From positions 8,804,001 through 8,868,000 of the forward strand of contig NC_135258.1 in assembly GCF_964204865.1 (NCBI RefSeq): DNA of 64,000 nt. The letters run 5' to 3'. This stretch comes from Styela clava (lineage: Eukaryota). The notes beneath the pieces were generated by a model. That model saw nothing but the letters and a program-made list of their open reading frames with translations, had not been told where the DNA came from and searched no databases. The position numbers and the translations under genes were made by a program. Positions 1-14,749 of the stretch are shown here, piece after piece. Position 1 is the first letter of the stretch. Every line of letters starts with the position of its first letter.

Positions 1-3000
1 CAGATCGATAAAAAGGCATCATAATTTCTTCTCGGCGTTCGTTTATTTGTTTTGCGTGCGTCAATTGTCGAAAAACGTTTAATTTACGATTTAATCTAGC
101 TATATCTGATATACTTTTTAAAATGAAAAGGCGCTTTTTATTGGATTTATTTTGATTTATGACAGAATACTGTCATTGAATTGCCAGTGTCTACGAAAGA
201 ATAATAGCTTGAGACAACTAAGTGCAAACAAGCGAACGATGCGAAGTACTTTGTCGGATTCGAGAAGTGCGGTTTTCCGTTCCTTTATAACTTGGACGAT
301 CTGGAAGGCTAACCTTTGTGACTCTGTAGATATTGGCTCGACTTCGAATGAATGGATAGAATTGTTATGTAGCAGTTTCGACGTGGTATTGGCGTCATAT
401 ATTGCAGTTTTCTGTTATGGATAATTGAAAGAAAATCATTTTCACGGTTCTCTGGCTTTCTCGGATTTAGTCAATTTTGAAGTGCCGAGTATAGATTTCC
501 ACGGTTTCAAGTTACACCAGCACTAGATCGGACTTCGTATTAGATTTGGGTAACTCAGATAGCAGTGGTGGCATATCAATTATAGTAACCGGTGTAGATG
601 ACTTATGTTGCTAATGCTATTGTAAACTGCAATTGGGCATGAATCTACTACTTCGTAACTGTACGAAGATATCGAATATACGGAAGATAAGACAACACAC
701 CCAGAGCAGCACAATACTAGAATTTTCTGGTTTGAAATATGATTAAGTTTTATATTGAGACTGTAGGCCATATTTAAAATACCCAAGAAATCAGTTTATA
801 TTCTCACGAAAAAAAAAACGTTCAGGCACGTTGCGCTTTTAGCCTTTGCCACGAAAAATATTTTTGGATTAAGAATTGAAATTTGAAGATTTTGCGTGCG
901 TCGTCAACTTATACTACTCAAAATATATTTTATATTTTTGTAAAATCACCCATGCGCAGCGTGGGAAAAGACAGTTTTGCAAGTTGAATCCAAGTGGCAT
1001 AAATCCAAGTTTCGCAAAGGTATAAAAGCAGCTGAAACATTCAAAAATTACAGTTTGCTGCTGGGAATAAGTTGCCACCTCAGTAAAAATATAAATACAT
1101 GAGGTATTATTGTTGAAGGTAAAATTATATAAAACAAAATTGGAAACCTACAATTTTATGGTCGCATTCCTGTGATTAAAGAATAATTTGGTCAACACAA
1201 AATAATTTCGTTAAAATTGTTTCTACCGGTAATAGTTTTTCTGGTGTAATTTTTCTTGCGTGACTCTCCAATTATGACGCATTATTTCACGCAAAACTCT
1301 TGGAATTTTAATACAGCCCGCCGGCGTACAAGATGACAATTATTATTATTAATGGGAATTGGGGGTTGAAGCGGCAGACCCAGGTGCATCAAATAGCTTA
1401 GGATACGAATGAACTGGAGACTGTATTTTTGAGCAATCATTCCAAGAGCGTTTCACGCACCATATTCCGCTTTGTAGGTATATAGACTTTTTGTATGTAT
1501 TTTTCAGAGCTAGACGACCACGGGGTGATTTACCGGGATCACAGCGGTGCACATAGCGTCTCAATTCTCAGAAGTGAGAAATTTTCTAGATCGATACGAG
1601 AGCACGCAATTTTAGTGCTAAACGAAATGACTTATTACATGGTATTATATTGTTAGCATTATCATAACATAAGAGCAAAAAGTGAAAAATCGCTTTGCGA
1701 TATGGTGGCATAACTGCGATAGATAAAGTGAAAAGTGTTAGAAGGAGGCTAATGTTCCCATCGCAGCGCCGAACGAGAGTGCGAATAGTAGGACAGTTAT
1801 AAACGGAGGCGACAACCAAATTCTAGTCACTTCAGAATAGTTCTCTTCCCAGAGCGCGGTTTTAGTAAGGAATGTTTCAAAACGGTTAGCAGATCTTAGT
1901 CTTTGAATTTAACCAAATTGAGAAATGATCAACCCATAGGTCACTATAATACTAAGTCAATTCAATGGATATATATCGAAATACTATTTAGTATACGCAA
2001 TATAGTAAAATACTACGCCCTTGCATGGGCCACTGATTAATCATGTTTCTGTACTTCTCATCAACAATTTCGTGCTTAGACATAACTTTTGCATTTTCAG
2101 ATCACAGATCAACCCTCTAATATACTTAGCGATATTAATCAAAAATACGTGTCAAAATACTCAAAAACCTAACTCAATTTTATAGACAAGTTCAAATTGG
2201 ATTTGTACGGATATCGATTTATATTTTCTATCATTTGGTTGAATACATTAGGCTAAGTAATTTGAAAACTAAATGATGCGTATGACTACCTTGCTAAATC
2301 TATCTTTACGACCGTGTCTTATAATTAAAAACGGAAGCTGTAATAATACGTTAGAGAGCCCTATATTTGATGTGATTTACGGCACCACGTATTACAATAA
2401 GTTTACCTAATAAAATAAAGAAATTTTTCGAGTGCGAGTAAATGTAGATGACTAGATAATTATTCAAGAGTGCTTGTACGTTTCTGTGCAAAAGCTATAA
2501 TTAATTTGTGCAGTCAGTGTTCGAGAATTTTTGCAAGTTTGGAGAATTTGACTAAGTTTGACCAAAACAGGAGGCTTTTGACCAGTATAAAAAATGCTTA
2601 ATTCATGTTAATTCAGTAAAAACTGGCCCTGGTCAGAGTTTTTGAACTGACCTGCATAGCAATAGCATAGGTCAGTTTCAGTTGGATGTTTCGTGAATAT
2701 ATATAGCTGACGAAATAATATGTTGAAATCAAGAGGTCTGTTTTGACGTTATTGTTTTTGAGTTAAATCAAAATTTAATAAAAGTAAACACAAATAGATT
2801 ATAGCGTGTTCATACCAACATAACATGTAGTAACAACTACGCTATGGATTTAAAGGGATTTAATGTAATGTTTTGAAAAGCGACGGATTAAAGAAATTTG
2901 AGCTAAATTTGGAGAAAATATGGCAGATAGAATGTTACAAGTGTCGTTTCGGTTTAGGAGAGTATGGCACTATGAAGAATAGTATCTATGTAAGGATTTA

Positions 3001-4037
3001 GGTTTGTAAAGTATGGACGCGATCCAACTTTGCACCGACTTTACATAAAAATTGCTATCTAAAGGCAGAAAGGCAATACAGGATAGGTGAAGAGTTGGTG
3101 TTAATTCCGAACAAACATAAAATAATCTTGTGATAAAATTCTAATAAATACTACACCAGGAATGATACAAGAACGGGAACGCTTCAAGGAATCTATCTTA
3201 ATATGAGCTAAACTTTAATAAGAAATGTTATTTTTTATCTTAACCTTTTGCCCTAAGAATATCCTGATATCCACTCATTTAATGTGTTCAATTGATATTT
3301 AAAAATAAAAATAAATATGTATATTTTTTTATTTGTACTGAATTGTTTTCAGTCTGAACAACACATCTTTAGAAATCTGAGAAAAATCGAGCATATATAA
3401 TTTCCATCAATTAGTTATAGTTAAATTTGCTTCTTAATCCTGACAAATTGTTCCAAGTTATTACAATAATTTTAGCGCCTCAATTTTACCAAAAGGAGAT
3501 AAATCTCCCAATTTATTCGCATTAACTAGGTGAGACATTTGTTTACTGTTCAAGTATGAAATATTGAGATATCACGGCTACTTGAGCAATATATCTATAA
3601 TCCACGCTTGATTGAAAGTTTTAATCTCGGACGTGTGGCTAAATCGAGACATACTTTTGTCGCTTCTAAGGTGCGATATAATAAACAAGCGCGTGTTTAG
3701 GTGAGAAGCTTTCTCCTGCTGGCTTCAATCGTTCGGCTGCTTTGTAGTTTAAAGCATAGATTAGACGTTATTACTTCAAATTTGTTCTAGGCGAAGCTGA
3801 GCTAATGCCGACATGAGAAAATTCATGTATTTTTTTACCATTGGTATAGCGTCATTTTTTCAAAAATAATTCATAGCTATTTTTGTTTCGTCCTATTCAG
3901 TCTTATTTTTATCTACCTAGCTAACGTTTTGTGCCAGAGCAGACATTGTCTTACTTACCATTGAGTAAAAACCACAAGACTACTATACCAAAGAATATTT
4001 TCGATATCGGGAATTTTGAGGAATTTAGCAGACTACG

Positions 4038-7000
4038 ATGGCGTATATTATCAGCACAATCTGTGATTATCGACCGAGAGTCATTGTTAAACTTATCGTC
4101 GTCTTACTGATAGCAGGAGCACGATCTGAATGGTGGTAAGTCTTGTTATTTGTATTATTATATTACAATGATGTAATATTATGTACAGTGTGTCCAATTT
4201 CGTCCAAAATCCCAAAAAGATATTGTGGATATTATTTTTCAAATCAGAATATACCGATAGTGAACATAATAGTCGTAATTAATCTATTCTGGACATTGAG
4301 TTACCTGATAACATAACTTGAATAATATTTAATAAAATAGATAACTTAAAATATCAAATCAACAAGTAAAACCCATCCCATGTATGTTCTATATCATAAT
4401 GATTTAGCCAATAACTCTTCCCAGCATCATATATCTATAGTAAATGTAAAAGAACGGCTAAATATTTGCACTTTCACCCAAGATTATCAAATTTCAGTTC
4501 AACTCGGTGCTTATATTTGCATTAATTTTACCAAATAAGCTTATTTGATAAAAATAATGTTTTTTTTTCCAATATTTTCTCACAGTTTTGTGTAATTATA
4601 GATTTGATCAAAAAACACATCGTTGAATAAATAAACTTTTATGGTACAGAATAGCCCCAAACTATAAGGACGCTATTATTCTGCACTACATCGTTTGGTA
4701 GATTTCTGATATGATAACTCAAATTTAAATGACGAAACATGTAAAACTCAATAGAAACTCAAATAGAATTAGTGCGTCATTCTTTGTAATACTCATAATA
4801 TTTTGATGTAGGAAAATATCATTCTTATTGAAATAGTAGAACACAATGATTTTTTTTAAGATCTATCTTTTTGATGTTTTTTGACGAGGTTCAAGTAGGG
4901 AATTTTGTGCTCGTTTTGCCAAATGTAAATATTATATAACAAGCCAGACTTTTATATAGAATGAGGAATAAGTTTGAAAATAAATATAGAATTAACTAAC
5001 ATATACCAGATAACTTTTCAAAATTGAAGTATATGTATCCGATCCAAATATCATCATCGAACAAATTGCAAAATAGAAATGTAAATGTAGTACAGCAAAA
5101 AGGGTGAATATTCTACATTTTTAAGGCTTTAGCATTTGTTTGATTTACTTACTGTTGTGTTATCACCATTTCACTGACATGCTACTTGTTCGCCACAAAC
5201 CGTAGCAAGACCCAGTTACCGCCACCCATAATGAATAAAACTTTTAGTGTACAAAAAGTGAAAAATATTTTCTAAATCCGATTTGAATAGATTAACGATC
5301 TTACCCTTTGTTCTGCCATTCACCATTTATTGCCAAAATGCCGTCAATATATGGTAAATTAATGGGAAACCTAACAACAAGCGGCGAAGTGTTAACGGGA
5401 ACTATAGTTTGACCCGTGACTGGCGACGGCTGGCAGCTTACTCTTCAAAGGTAACCTTGACTCAGCCTCTGAACTATTAAACGTTCCATTTAGGTAAAAA
5501 GCAAATTTGCCCACTTGTAACTGTTGATTCGTTTCATCCAAGCTACAGATGAAAATTACGAATATCTCTTACGCATATTTCGTATCATATCAAGACATTA
5601 AATAATATTCTCTCAATTTCATTTTTACAGGGAATTGGGGTCGAATAAGAAGTCTCTGAATCGAGCCGCTGATGAAAGTATTCCTTGTAGTGAAATGCGA
5701 AGTTTGTCCCGCAGTCAGCGGACATTGTGTGAAAGATACCGAGATCACATCGAATTCGTGAGCGAAGGAGCAAAAGAAGGAATTGATGAATGTCAATGGC
5801 AGTTTAGAGCAAACAGATGGAATTGTACGACCGCCGAAAACAAGAAACGAAATGTTGATCTCAACACTAGCACTTTGTTCGGGAAAGTGATTGATATAGG
5901 TAAGATTCATTTTTATTTTTGGGAGAATTTATATATATGACGTGGTTCAGAGAATCTAAAAGTTGTTTTATGAAACTACTACAATATGTTCTTGCGAAAA
6001 ATCTGGTAATAGTTGACAGTTGGGACGTACGAATGAATGGGTTCCGTCGTTCATCATCTTTTCCACACAAACACCAACCGCGCACTGCATTGTGGTCGAC
6101 TTTTATGACTGTTTACATTCACAACTTGCCAAAATTATCAGAACCAACAACGAGTTTTTTAACTAATGCAAACGGCCGCCTGCGCAATGAAATAATATCC
6201 ATTTCGTTTACGCTTCGTTGTTTTCCGCAATTAAGGCTACTTAGCGGTTTTTGATGATGCTTCAAGATTAAGATAACCCAACTAAAATCCAGCTGAGATG
6301 GCAACCGTGACCTCAATTTTGACCCTGTATTTTTCTCCAACCTCCCTCTAAAACATTTGTTTCGGCGACAGGAATAGATAGCGCTCCATCCGTTTTGACG
6401 GAATAAAAACAATAAATACGACCTTGTTCATACACCCTAATAGCTTTCTTTTGATTTCCGATTTCCAAAATATAGATGGAAGTGATTTTGACGTATAAAT
6501 GATCCAATATTAGGGGTTTGTATATAGAAAATCTATTAGCCGTGAAATGCGTGTAAAACCTAAAATGGCAGGCTTCTATCAAAATCAACACATTTCCGCT
6601 ACATCAGTTCATGCCAGTATTCCTAATGTGCAGGAAGTTTTCAGAGTTTTATGATAGATTTGAATATCTTTTTTATGGCCGTAATGTATGAGTAATATAT
6701 AGACCATAACAAAATTATTGAGCATTGAGTTCGTAAAACTGAGTTGTTGCTCAATGGTCAACCGGACTCGCTCCCAGTTTGGCTCATAAGTTCCGAGTTA
6801 CCAAGTGAACTGTGTCGATTGGTGTCATTTTTATTCAACCGTTATTTGATTTGATTTGACAAAGTGGATCGACAAAAGTTAAATAGGTTTTATTAAAAGC
6901 CACAAAATTTTTAGGACAACGTTGGGAACATACAGTACTGATGTACTGTAAGTTTTTATCTATTCTGGGAATTTCTAGTCATGGATCACGCGCTAATTCA

Positions 7001-10000
7001 AAAACAACAAACACCGTACAAGCTTCTTAGATCACAATATTATGATTCGTTTACGCTTCGCGATAATGGAAATAGCGCTTTCAGTTTTGAGAACACGAAC
7101 GTCAATCTTGAACTAGGGCAAATTTTTCCATGGAGGTGCGATAATTATGACCCATACCGAGCTGCGTCTAATTTACGAGACCAAAATTTTCGTTATGGCA
7201 AAAGTTCATGTCCACCCAACCAAAAAGCTAGACAGCTATCAGTTAAGGTCAAAATTTCAGCGCCACAAGTTCAATTTGTTGTGAAGTAAACTAAATCAGT
7301 TTTGACGACCAATTGTTTTCTGATCGTTTTAAAAACAGATCCCCTGACTTTAACATTCTAATTGATCAGTAAAAATTAAACCAAGAATTCCCATTTCGCT
7401 CAATTTTGTCGAGTCCGCAGGTGTGAGACGTTTTGTAAACTTCTTATCATGCGGAAACATGTCTGGGATATCTTTCAGAGTTGTTCATGTACTTAACCAA
7501 AATGTTATAATTGCTGGACTAGGCTAGACAATGTCAATCTTCAAAAAATCAATGTAGTCTTTATTTTGGTTTCAGTAATTCCATTAAATGACATACATGG
7601 CAACGAGAAGTAAACAACTATCAATATTTTAGAAAATAAATAACAAACTTTAAATGTTTCAATAGTAAAAGTAAGAGTAACATCTACCAGTGTCGAAACA
7701 ATTTCGGTCACTCTTCTTCATCAGAGCAAGTAAATTAGGATCGCTTTCCTTACAAAGGCTCAAACTCTAGGTTTGTGTCCTAAACATTATTCGAGAGTGG
7801 GTAAAACAGGCAAGAATGTTTAAACAATTAGAATAAAGTACGTGAAAGCGAATCCGGTGCTAATTTTTCAATTCAATGAATAAAGAAAATAGGGTACACT
7901 AACTGTGTTAAATTCACTATGTGCGTCACAATTTGTTTTCTAAAAACTTTGAACAAGTTGGGGGTGGCTGAAAACTGTGATTTCAAAAAGATCTACCATG
8001 ACATGTAAACTACCACGATGTTTTGGCTGGATTAGTTATCCCAACATAAATGCTATTTATGAAAGTATTACATTTTGTCCACATTTGCTATTAACTGAAT
8101 TCATATTATTTTAATATATATGAATCTCAATAAAGACGAGTATACCAAAACGATCTTAGCTAATGCCGTTAGCATGCTTTTGGGTATATATTTTAGGTAT
8201 TTTGAGTGTTTAAGTTTGAAACACTGTAGAACTTTCTGACTTCGAGTACACGCATGCCGTTCAGAGTTTGGTTAACCATCACACCTGTCTCCTATGGGTC
8301 AGCTGTTCTCAAAAACACGACCCAATTCACATCCAGGTTATGGCAGATGTAAGTGCTTCGCAATGCTTACCTCCAAACAAAATATTAAGTTTAATAATAC
8401 ACTGAACGCAAAACAGCGTTGCGTGTGCGTATGGGAAGATTTTAGATTTTGTACAATTTTGTGGGTAACGATCTACGCATTTTCGGTCACCTTGTGGTGA
8501 CATTTGACCTATACGAAAAGAAACACAAAACAAATTTCTCTTTGATTCCCCTTTGAAGCGTTTTTACATCTAACAATAAATTTTTCCTGGGTTTAGAATG
8601 TTCCGCCCTGACATGAAAATTAGGCTGCAGTTGTCGCGAATTAATCAAAATCCAACCCCAGATGACGTCCGTCTGAGTAGGTTCGGTATCAGGTTACTTG
8701 CGGTGACGTGTATGGATAAAAAATCAGACAGGCACTTGAGGGAACAGCTGGTACAAATTGGGCTGAATTATTCACTTAATATCATTGGGAAGATTATTCT
8801 TAACACTATTTGAAATTAGTTTCAAGATTAAGTTGAAGTTCAAAAATCGCTTTACCCAGTTTGTATCGACCCTCAGTTTGCGGTCCCAGTCTCTAGAAGC
8901 GTGAAATTGTTTTCTGGGTAGGATTATTCCGTCCATCATCACCAAAACTAATCTTGGCATTCGCCAATCTCCAAACCCACAATAGTCACAGTGATTTCAC
9001 ACAATACAAGTATTTTGAAACACGGAAGAAAAAATTAGAGTGAAGTGAGTTCAAATCTGAGCCACTGAGTACATATTCTGGTTAGAATTGGACCCTACCG
9101 CATTTACATTGGTTGGCAGGAAATGCTGTTGGATGAGTAATGGCGTTGACAGCCGTTTGATATGCTGAATTTTTTGCGAAGCGATCATCAACTAATAACA
9201 GATATATTAATCACACTTATAAGCAATTTTACCGCATCATTCAATTAACACTCGACAAACTTTCGTCACTCAGGCGATAATTTCATTTCATTGGATTTCA
9301 GCACATTAGCGCCTCTATGATGAATTGCCAAACTACATCATTTGGGCGGAAGAGTAATTGTTGAAATCATAGATGATATATTTCGATTCGAATAAGAGAT
9401 ACACAGACAAATTCACAACAAGCATGAAGTTTAAATAAAACTCTAAACGTACCTAACATGATTCGTGATTAAATATTTGTAACCAAACTGTCTAATATGA
9501 TTTTATACATCGTACTCCGATTTAAACCGATTTACTAATACTGTTGATTCATGAAATCATTTTCTTTTGTTACAGGAAGTCGAGAAACAGCTTTTACCTA
9601 CGCCATATCCGCCGCAGGGGTCGTCCACAAGATTGCCAGGGCATGCAAAGAAGGAAAACTCGAAGCTTGTGGCTGCAGTAATCAGGCAAGACCAAAGGGC
9701 CTTGGCGCAATGTGGGTACGTACAATTAAAATGTTGGAAGATTTGAATAAAATAAAACCATTGGCTTGAGATGAAAGTTAAATTTCGCACATCGAATCGT
9801 ACGACTTTAAGATTTTATCTAGCGTGCTGTTAATTGAATACCAGTTAATGCGTCGTAAAGTCAATTTCCGTCGATGAATACTCTTGTTGTGAGTAACGTT
9901 AAGAGCTATTCATAACTCTGAACCAACGAATGCCAATTTCATAAAGCCAAATTTAGCGTGAACGTCATGCTCAGATCAACAGACACTCATTAAAGATTAA

Positions 10001-12733
10001 GTTAAGTCTGTAATATCGCGTGTTTTCTCCCATCGGCAAGCTACCGTTGATAAATGCATGTTACACAAAACGGAATGACGAAAGACAGGATTTTGCTAAA
10101 TTTCAAGCCATTAAAGCGAATCTTTATCTTTTGAACTTGTTCCCTGGTGCAGATGGCATTATTTAGTTCAATTTTTGTGCCCTGTCAAAGTTTTTGTATA
10201 AAACTAATATCTCTCAATTCAGGAATGGGGAGGATGCGGAGACAACACCGACTACGCATATGGATTCGCAAGAGAATTCATTGATGCTAGAGAAAGAGAC
10301 GTACAATCACCACGAAGCCCAGAGTCACGTGCCAAAAAAGCTATGAACATCCATAATAACGAAGTTGGAAGATTGGTAAGTTAAACATTAAATTTGAAAA
10401 TGTTCTCTCGAAAGGGTGTACATCCACCTGCCTATATAATGTATAAACAGTAAAAAGTATTGATGGCCTTCAAGCCAAAGCTTTCCCCACACATACACGC
10501 CAAAACATAGAGATTATAGGATTTCTTTTGGTCAGAGGTTAGGAAATACAAGAAAATATTACGACAGCTAATCCAATACCATCTGAAGTTTCATGGCTTG
10601 GTTTACCTGGTGGATCGAGAAGGATACCCGTACCTTTCTACACATGCAATGATATAGTAACATAGTAACTTATTGCTACATAACTTAATCCAAAAATCGG
10701 TATTGGTACTTACATGATATGTTCTGAACATTTGTTCCAGATTTTACTAAAAAATTTACGAGAAATTGGCACGTTTTACGCCACGGCTCATTACTTGTTC
10801 ACAAGTAACAAACTAATATTTTGTTATATGCAATATTACACCGATTTTCATAAACAACCTACTTGCGTATAACGTACCGTGGGTTGACAAGCGGTTACGT
10901 GAGTCTGGGAACGACAAAATCTTTGTTTGCCTTCGCTACGCGCAACTTAGGAATCAAACGCAAAACAAGACAATAGGTAAAGAGGGACGTAGGTGGGTCG
11001 AACTTGGGGATACGTGCCATTTACTGCAAAGAATTTGTTGAATGCCTATCATTAGGTATCTACAGATTTACCTATATATCCCTAAAATCTCAAATTTGAT
11101 CTTGTGCAATGTAAATTCATATATAATTTCTGACCTTGTTTCAAGTCAGTTCTTAGTATTTTCCATTTGATATGAGAAATTCAACGAAAAAAATCGTTTA
11201 CAAACAACAAAAAAAATGGTTAAATGAGATAGAAACCTCATTTAAATTTAAAAAATTTAAGGGTCATGGCGTGTATTATGACTCGTGAGTTCTTAGGAAT
11301 GTGAAGCAAGTTTAAGTTCAACCTCTCAAACCATATCGGTACCCGCACATTGCGCCCTAGCCACATCAAAAGGGGTTAAGAGTCAACATTCATTACTTAT
11401 TTTTTACTTTGATCAACCCACATGTTCTAGTTAATTTCCCAGAGTAATGATGCATAGCTTGACATGTTAACGGGGTGAAAAACGAAAATATGATAAATTT
11501 TAGTTTTTTCAATTCAAATTTATAAAGAGGAAAAATTCTTTAATGAGTGATCACGCAAAAAATGAGAAGATAACACTTACATAGTGTATATATTCTAAAA
11601 TCATCAAAATACAGATTCCATAACTTTCCTCTAATCGCATTACAGCGACAAATAAAAATTGAGATTTTTTGCTCTGGCAATCAATTAATTAAGAAAGAAA
11701 TGATAATGCTCATTTTTGGAATTTAGAAAAAAAGAGTTATGCTTCAGGAGGGCGTGTTTGCATAAGAACGTGACCCTTACGCCCCGATACCCCCCATTCT
11801 TGCGACATTGCCTGATATACTGAACTTTTTCGTGAGAACTCGATGTCGTTAACCAAAAGTCCTCACCCACCACTCGGGTGTGTTTAATTTACCAAATACG
11901 ACATCGTTACATGATATCATCCGCGGCTAAATATTATCGACAGCGCAAAACTAATTTGTCACAAAAATAAGGTTTTATCACACTAGTAATATAGTGAAAG
12001 AACGTAATTTTGAGTGTTTGCTCGGTAACGTTACCGATGACGTACTGGCTGTGTTTGTTATGGTGATAGCTTATAGTGCAACCTAATCTCAATGCTGCTC
12101 CCGTTGAAATTAGAAGTTAGACTAAGCACAGTCAAGCCCGTTTCGACTAATTTTGTACTAAAGATCAAATTTGATCGACAGTGATTTTATGTTATTTGAA
12201 TTTTTTTCACACATGAGGGGACTTTTGGTCAAAAATAAATATTTTTCAAGTTTCGTATCAATATGTTTTTACAGGCTGTTGTCAGAGCAGCGCGCCCAAC
12301 CTGCAAGTGCCATGGGGTCTCAGGATCGTGCAGTCTGAACACCTGCTGGCTTCAAGTTCCTGGTTTTCGTGAAATTGGCGAAAAGTTAGAGGAAAAACAC
12401 AACAATGCAATTGAAGTCAAGGTCACCAAGCGTGGGGAATTAAGGAAAAGAAAGAGAAGTAGTCCAGATGTTGGAATGATGGATCTCGTCTATCTTGATT
12501 CCTCTCCCGATTATTGCAGCCCCAACCCTCGAACAGGGGTTCTCGGTACGAAAGGTCGTGAATGCAATAAAGATTCATTTGGAAAAGATGGATGCGGGTT
12601 TCTATGCTGTGGAAGAGGTTACGATTCATTCACAGTAGAAATAGTTGAAAGATGTAACTGTAAATTTCAGTGGTGCTGCGTTGTTAAATGCCAGAAATGT
12701 AAGAAACGTGTATTGAAACATATTTGCCGATGA
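4038..12733 (+). CDS. Wnt5: Wnt5-family secreted ligand, paralog A (372 aa, 5 coding exons)
   Basis: Exons 4038-4135, 5631-5899, 9576-9715, 10223-10375, 12275-12733; all GT-AG, phases 2/1/0/0, 1119 nt open frame. Signal peptide [33 protein letters not shown]. Motifs [64 protein letters not shown] (lipidated Ser), SPDYC, CCGRG and [16 protein letters not shown] closely match Wnt5. Confidence 0.95.
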
Positions 12734-13118
12734 TCTTGCAATATTGAATAGATCCACAAAGTGGAACAACATCAACTTGCTTGAATATGCAATTGAAACG
12801 ACGTTTCTGCCACAGAATGAAATACGATGCAGGGCGCGCATTCCGATGATCAAAAATCAAGGACAAAGTGCGTTTGGGTTGATGCATAAACTCTACATAG
12901 GAAGCCCAACAATCCGTACTTATTATTATATATTAAGTGCGAATGGAACACCTCTCGGACGAATATAATAAGTCTGACTAAACCAGTTTTATTCGTAATT
13001 ATTTTGTAGAATGCAGAATCCGTAATAGCATTATTAATATGCGTAATACTGTAGACATGTTCTCAAAGAGCTGCATTTCAACTACACCACATTCGTGACT
13101 GATTGATAATTTGCTGCC

Positions 13119-13207
13119 AATAAACTGGTTATGTTATTTTTATATAACTTAATATGTTTTTGTATATTTTTATGCTGACACTGTGATCGAAATTTTCCAA
13201 CAATAAA
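13119..13207 (+). terminator. Candidate polyadenylation signals of Wnt5-A
   Basis: AATAAA at 13119-13124 and 13202-13207, 390-470 nt after the stop codon, in a T-rich context. Confidence 0.45.
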
Positions 13208-14586
13208 TATCAAACTATTTATGAGTTTTCTATCTTTCCAGAATTTCAGATATGTAACTCCAACTAAACGGAAGATATATTAGCATAACCAAAAAGAAGT
13301 AAAATATGCAAACCTACCTCTAAATCTGAAAAAGTAGTAGGTCTGATATGATATTTACAGCTTAAAGTCGACAAATATATCATAAGTAGTGACAAAAATT
13401 TTCGCTTTAAAGGTTTATAATGAAAGCTGTAGAGACTGCTATTTGACGACGTAAATTTTATTAACTTCCCATAGCATATTTCCTTTACTCACATACATTT
13501 TGTTCAATCTTGTCGTACATAAAAGGCTGAAGAATCTGCTTAACGTTTAGAATTGTTAAATAACGGATGGCAACATTTTTTTAGGCGAAACAACTTTACG
13601 CAAAGAACCAAATTTGTGAGGCATTTGCTCCTGCTGAAGAATGAAACCGAAACAGTACCGAATATTAAATTTCACAATCACGATATTTCCCAAACGTGGT
13701 GGTTTCAATTAAGCTATATGAATGATTTGCTAGAAAGACGCAGCAACCAAACAGAAGCACAGCTTCGCTGGTTAGATTTTTTACGTGGGAGTCATGGGCT
13801 ACGGTTAGGTTATTTTCTTTGCGCTGTATCAACTTTACAACCCTTGCTTTGGCAAGAATACCCAAGGGACTGGTATATATACCTGTATACCGTAGAGCGC
13901 AGGGGAAGTCATTTCTAGTAGCCTATCACGCTACCCATAGCCTACACTCTTCGGCATGTCAACATTATCAATGATGGCATCTTAAACCCCCATATGAAAA
14001 TATCAGAAACATATAAGAGGCATTTTATAATTTAATTTTGATTCATAAGCCATGACCAAAAAAAATACGTGATATATAAATCCTGCATTGTATACTTGAA
14101 TACCGTAAGCTCACGAACATGGTAGAGCTACTGGATAGTTCACAAGGTAATATACAAAGACATTCATACCTGTCAATAGTCATTACTACTGATAGCGATT
14201 CCCTGGTCAGCAACAGCAAGATACTAAACTAGCAGGCGTACCGTTAGGACCACGCTTGCCGTCGCGAATCTGATGGTTACCTACTTACCTTGGACAGCTT
14301 GAAATATTTGAATCTCGCAGAATTGGGCACGAAAGGTATATCTAAATATCGATCTTTTTTTGTAATTGTTGTTGTTGCTGAAGGGTAAAAATAATGCTTT
14401 ACTCGTTCTTCCTAAACTGAACTAATACAAGTCTTCTGGGCCTTTTGTTGTGTTTATTTGTAGGCCCAAGTTCAAAATACGAATTGTGTCAAACCCGAAC
14501 TTGCAATTGACAACTAAAGTCAGGCCTGACAAAGCCAAGTTAATCAATATCATGAAATACATTACAAAAGCAATTATACTTAAACA

Positions 14587-14749
14587 TTCGGCGCTTCAGA
14601 AGTATGTGTACCAATATGGAGGCAACTATTTTTTTTTTGCCTATTTTACATCAAATTGTGCAAAGGGACTGAAACCTATGGCCATTTGGCTAACAAAGAC
14701 AGTCCCCGAACCTGACCTAACCTGATACACATACTTCGGGAGTCCCGAA
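14587..14749. mobile_element. MITE-like element with about 27-bp imperfect terminal inverted repeats
   Basis: TTCGGCGCTTCAGAAGTATGTGTACCA (14587-14613) vs TGATACACATACTTCGGGAGTCCCGAA (14723-14749); related copy at 42468. Confidence 0.6.

Noticed and set aside
152-3900. Short ORFs upstream of Wnt5-A (152-424, 580-786, 1349-1564, 1586-1819)
   Set aside because: No recognisable motifs, several with non-ATG starts; expected by chance. Some of this may be Wnt5-A UTR or promoter, but I cannot define it.
5392-5406. Exact 15-mer TTAACGGGAACTATA shared between Wnt5-A intron 1 and Wnt5-B intron 2 (24435-24449)
   Set aside because: A few 15-mer matches are expected by chance in 64 kb on two strands; non-equivalent introns and opposite relative orientation.
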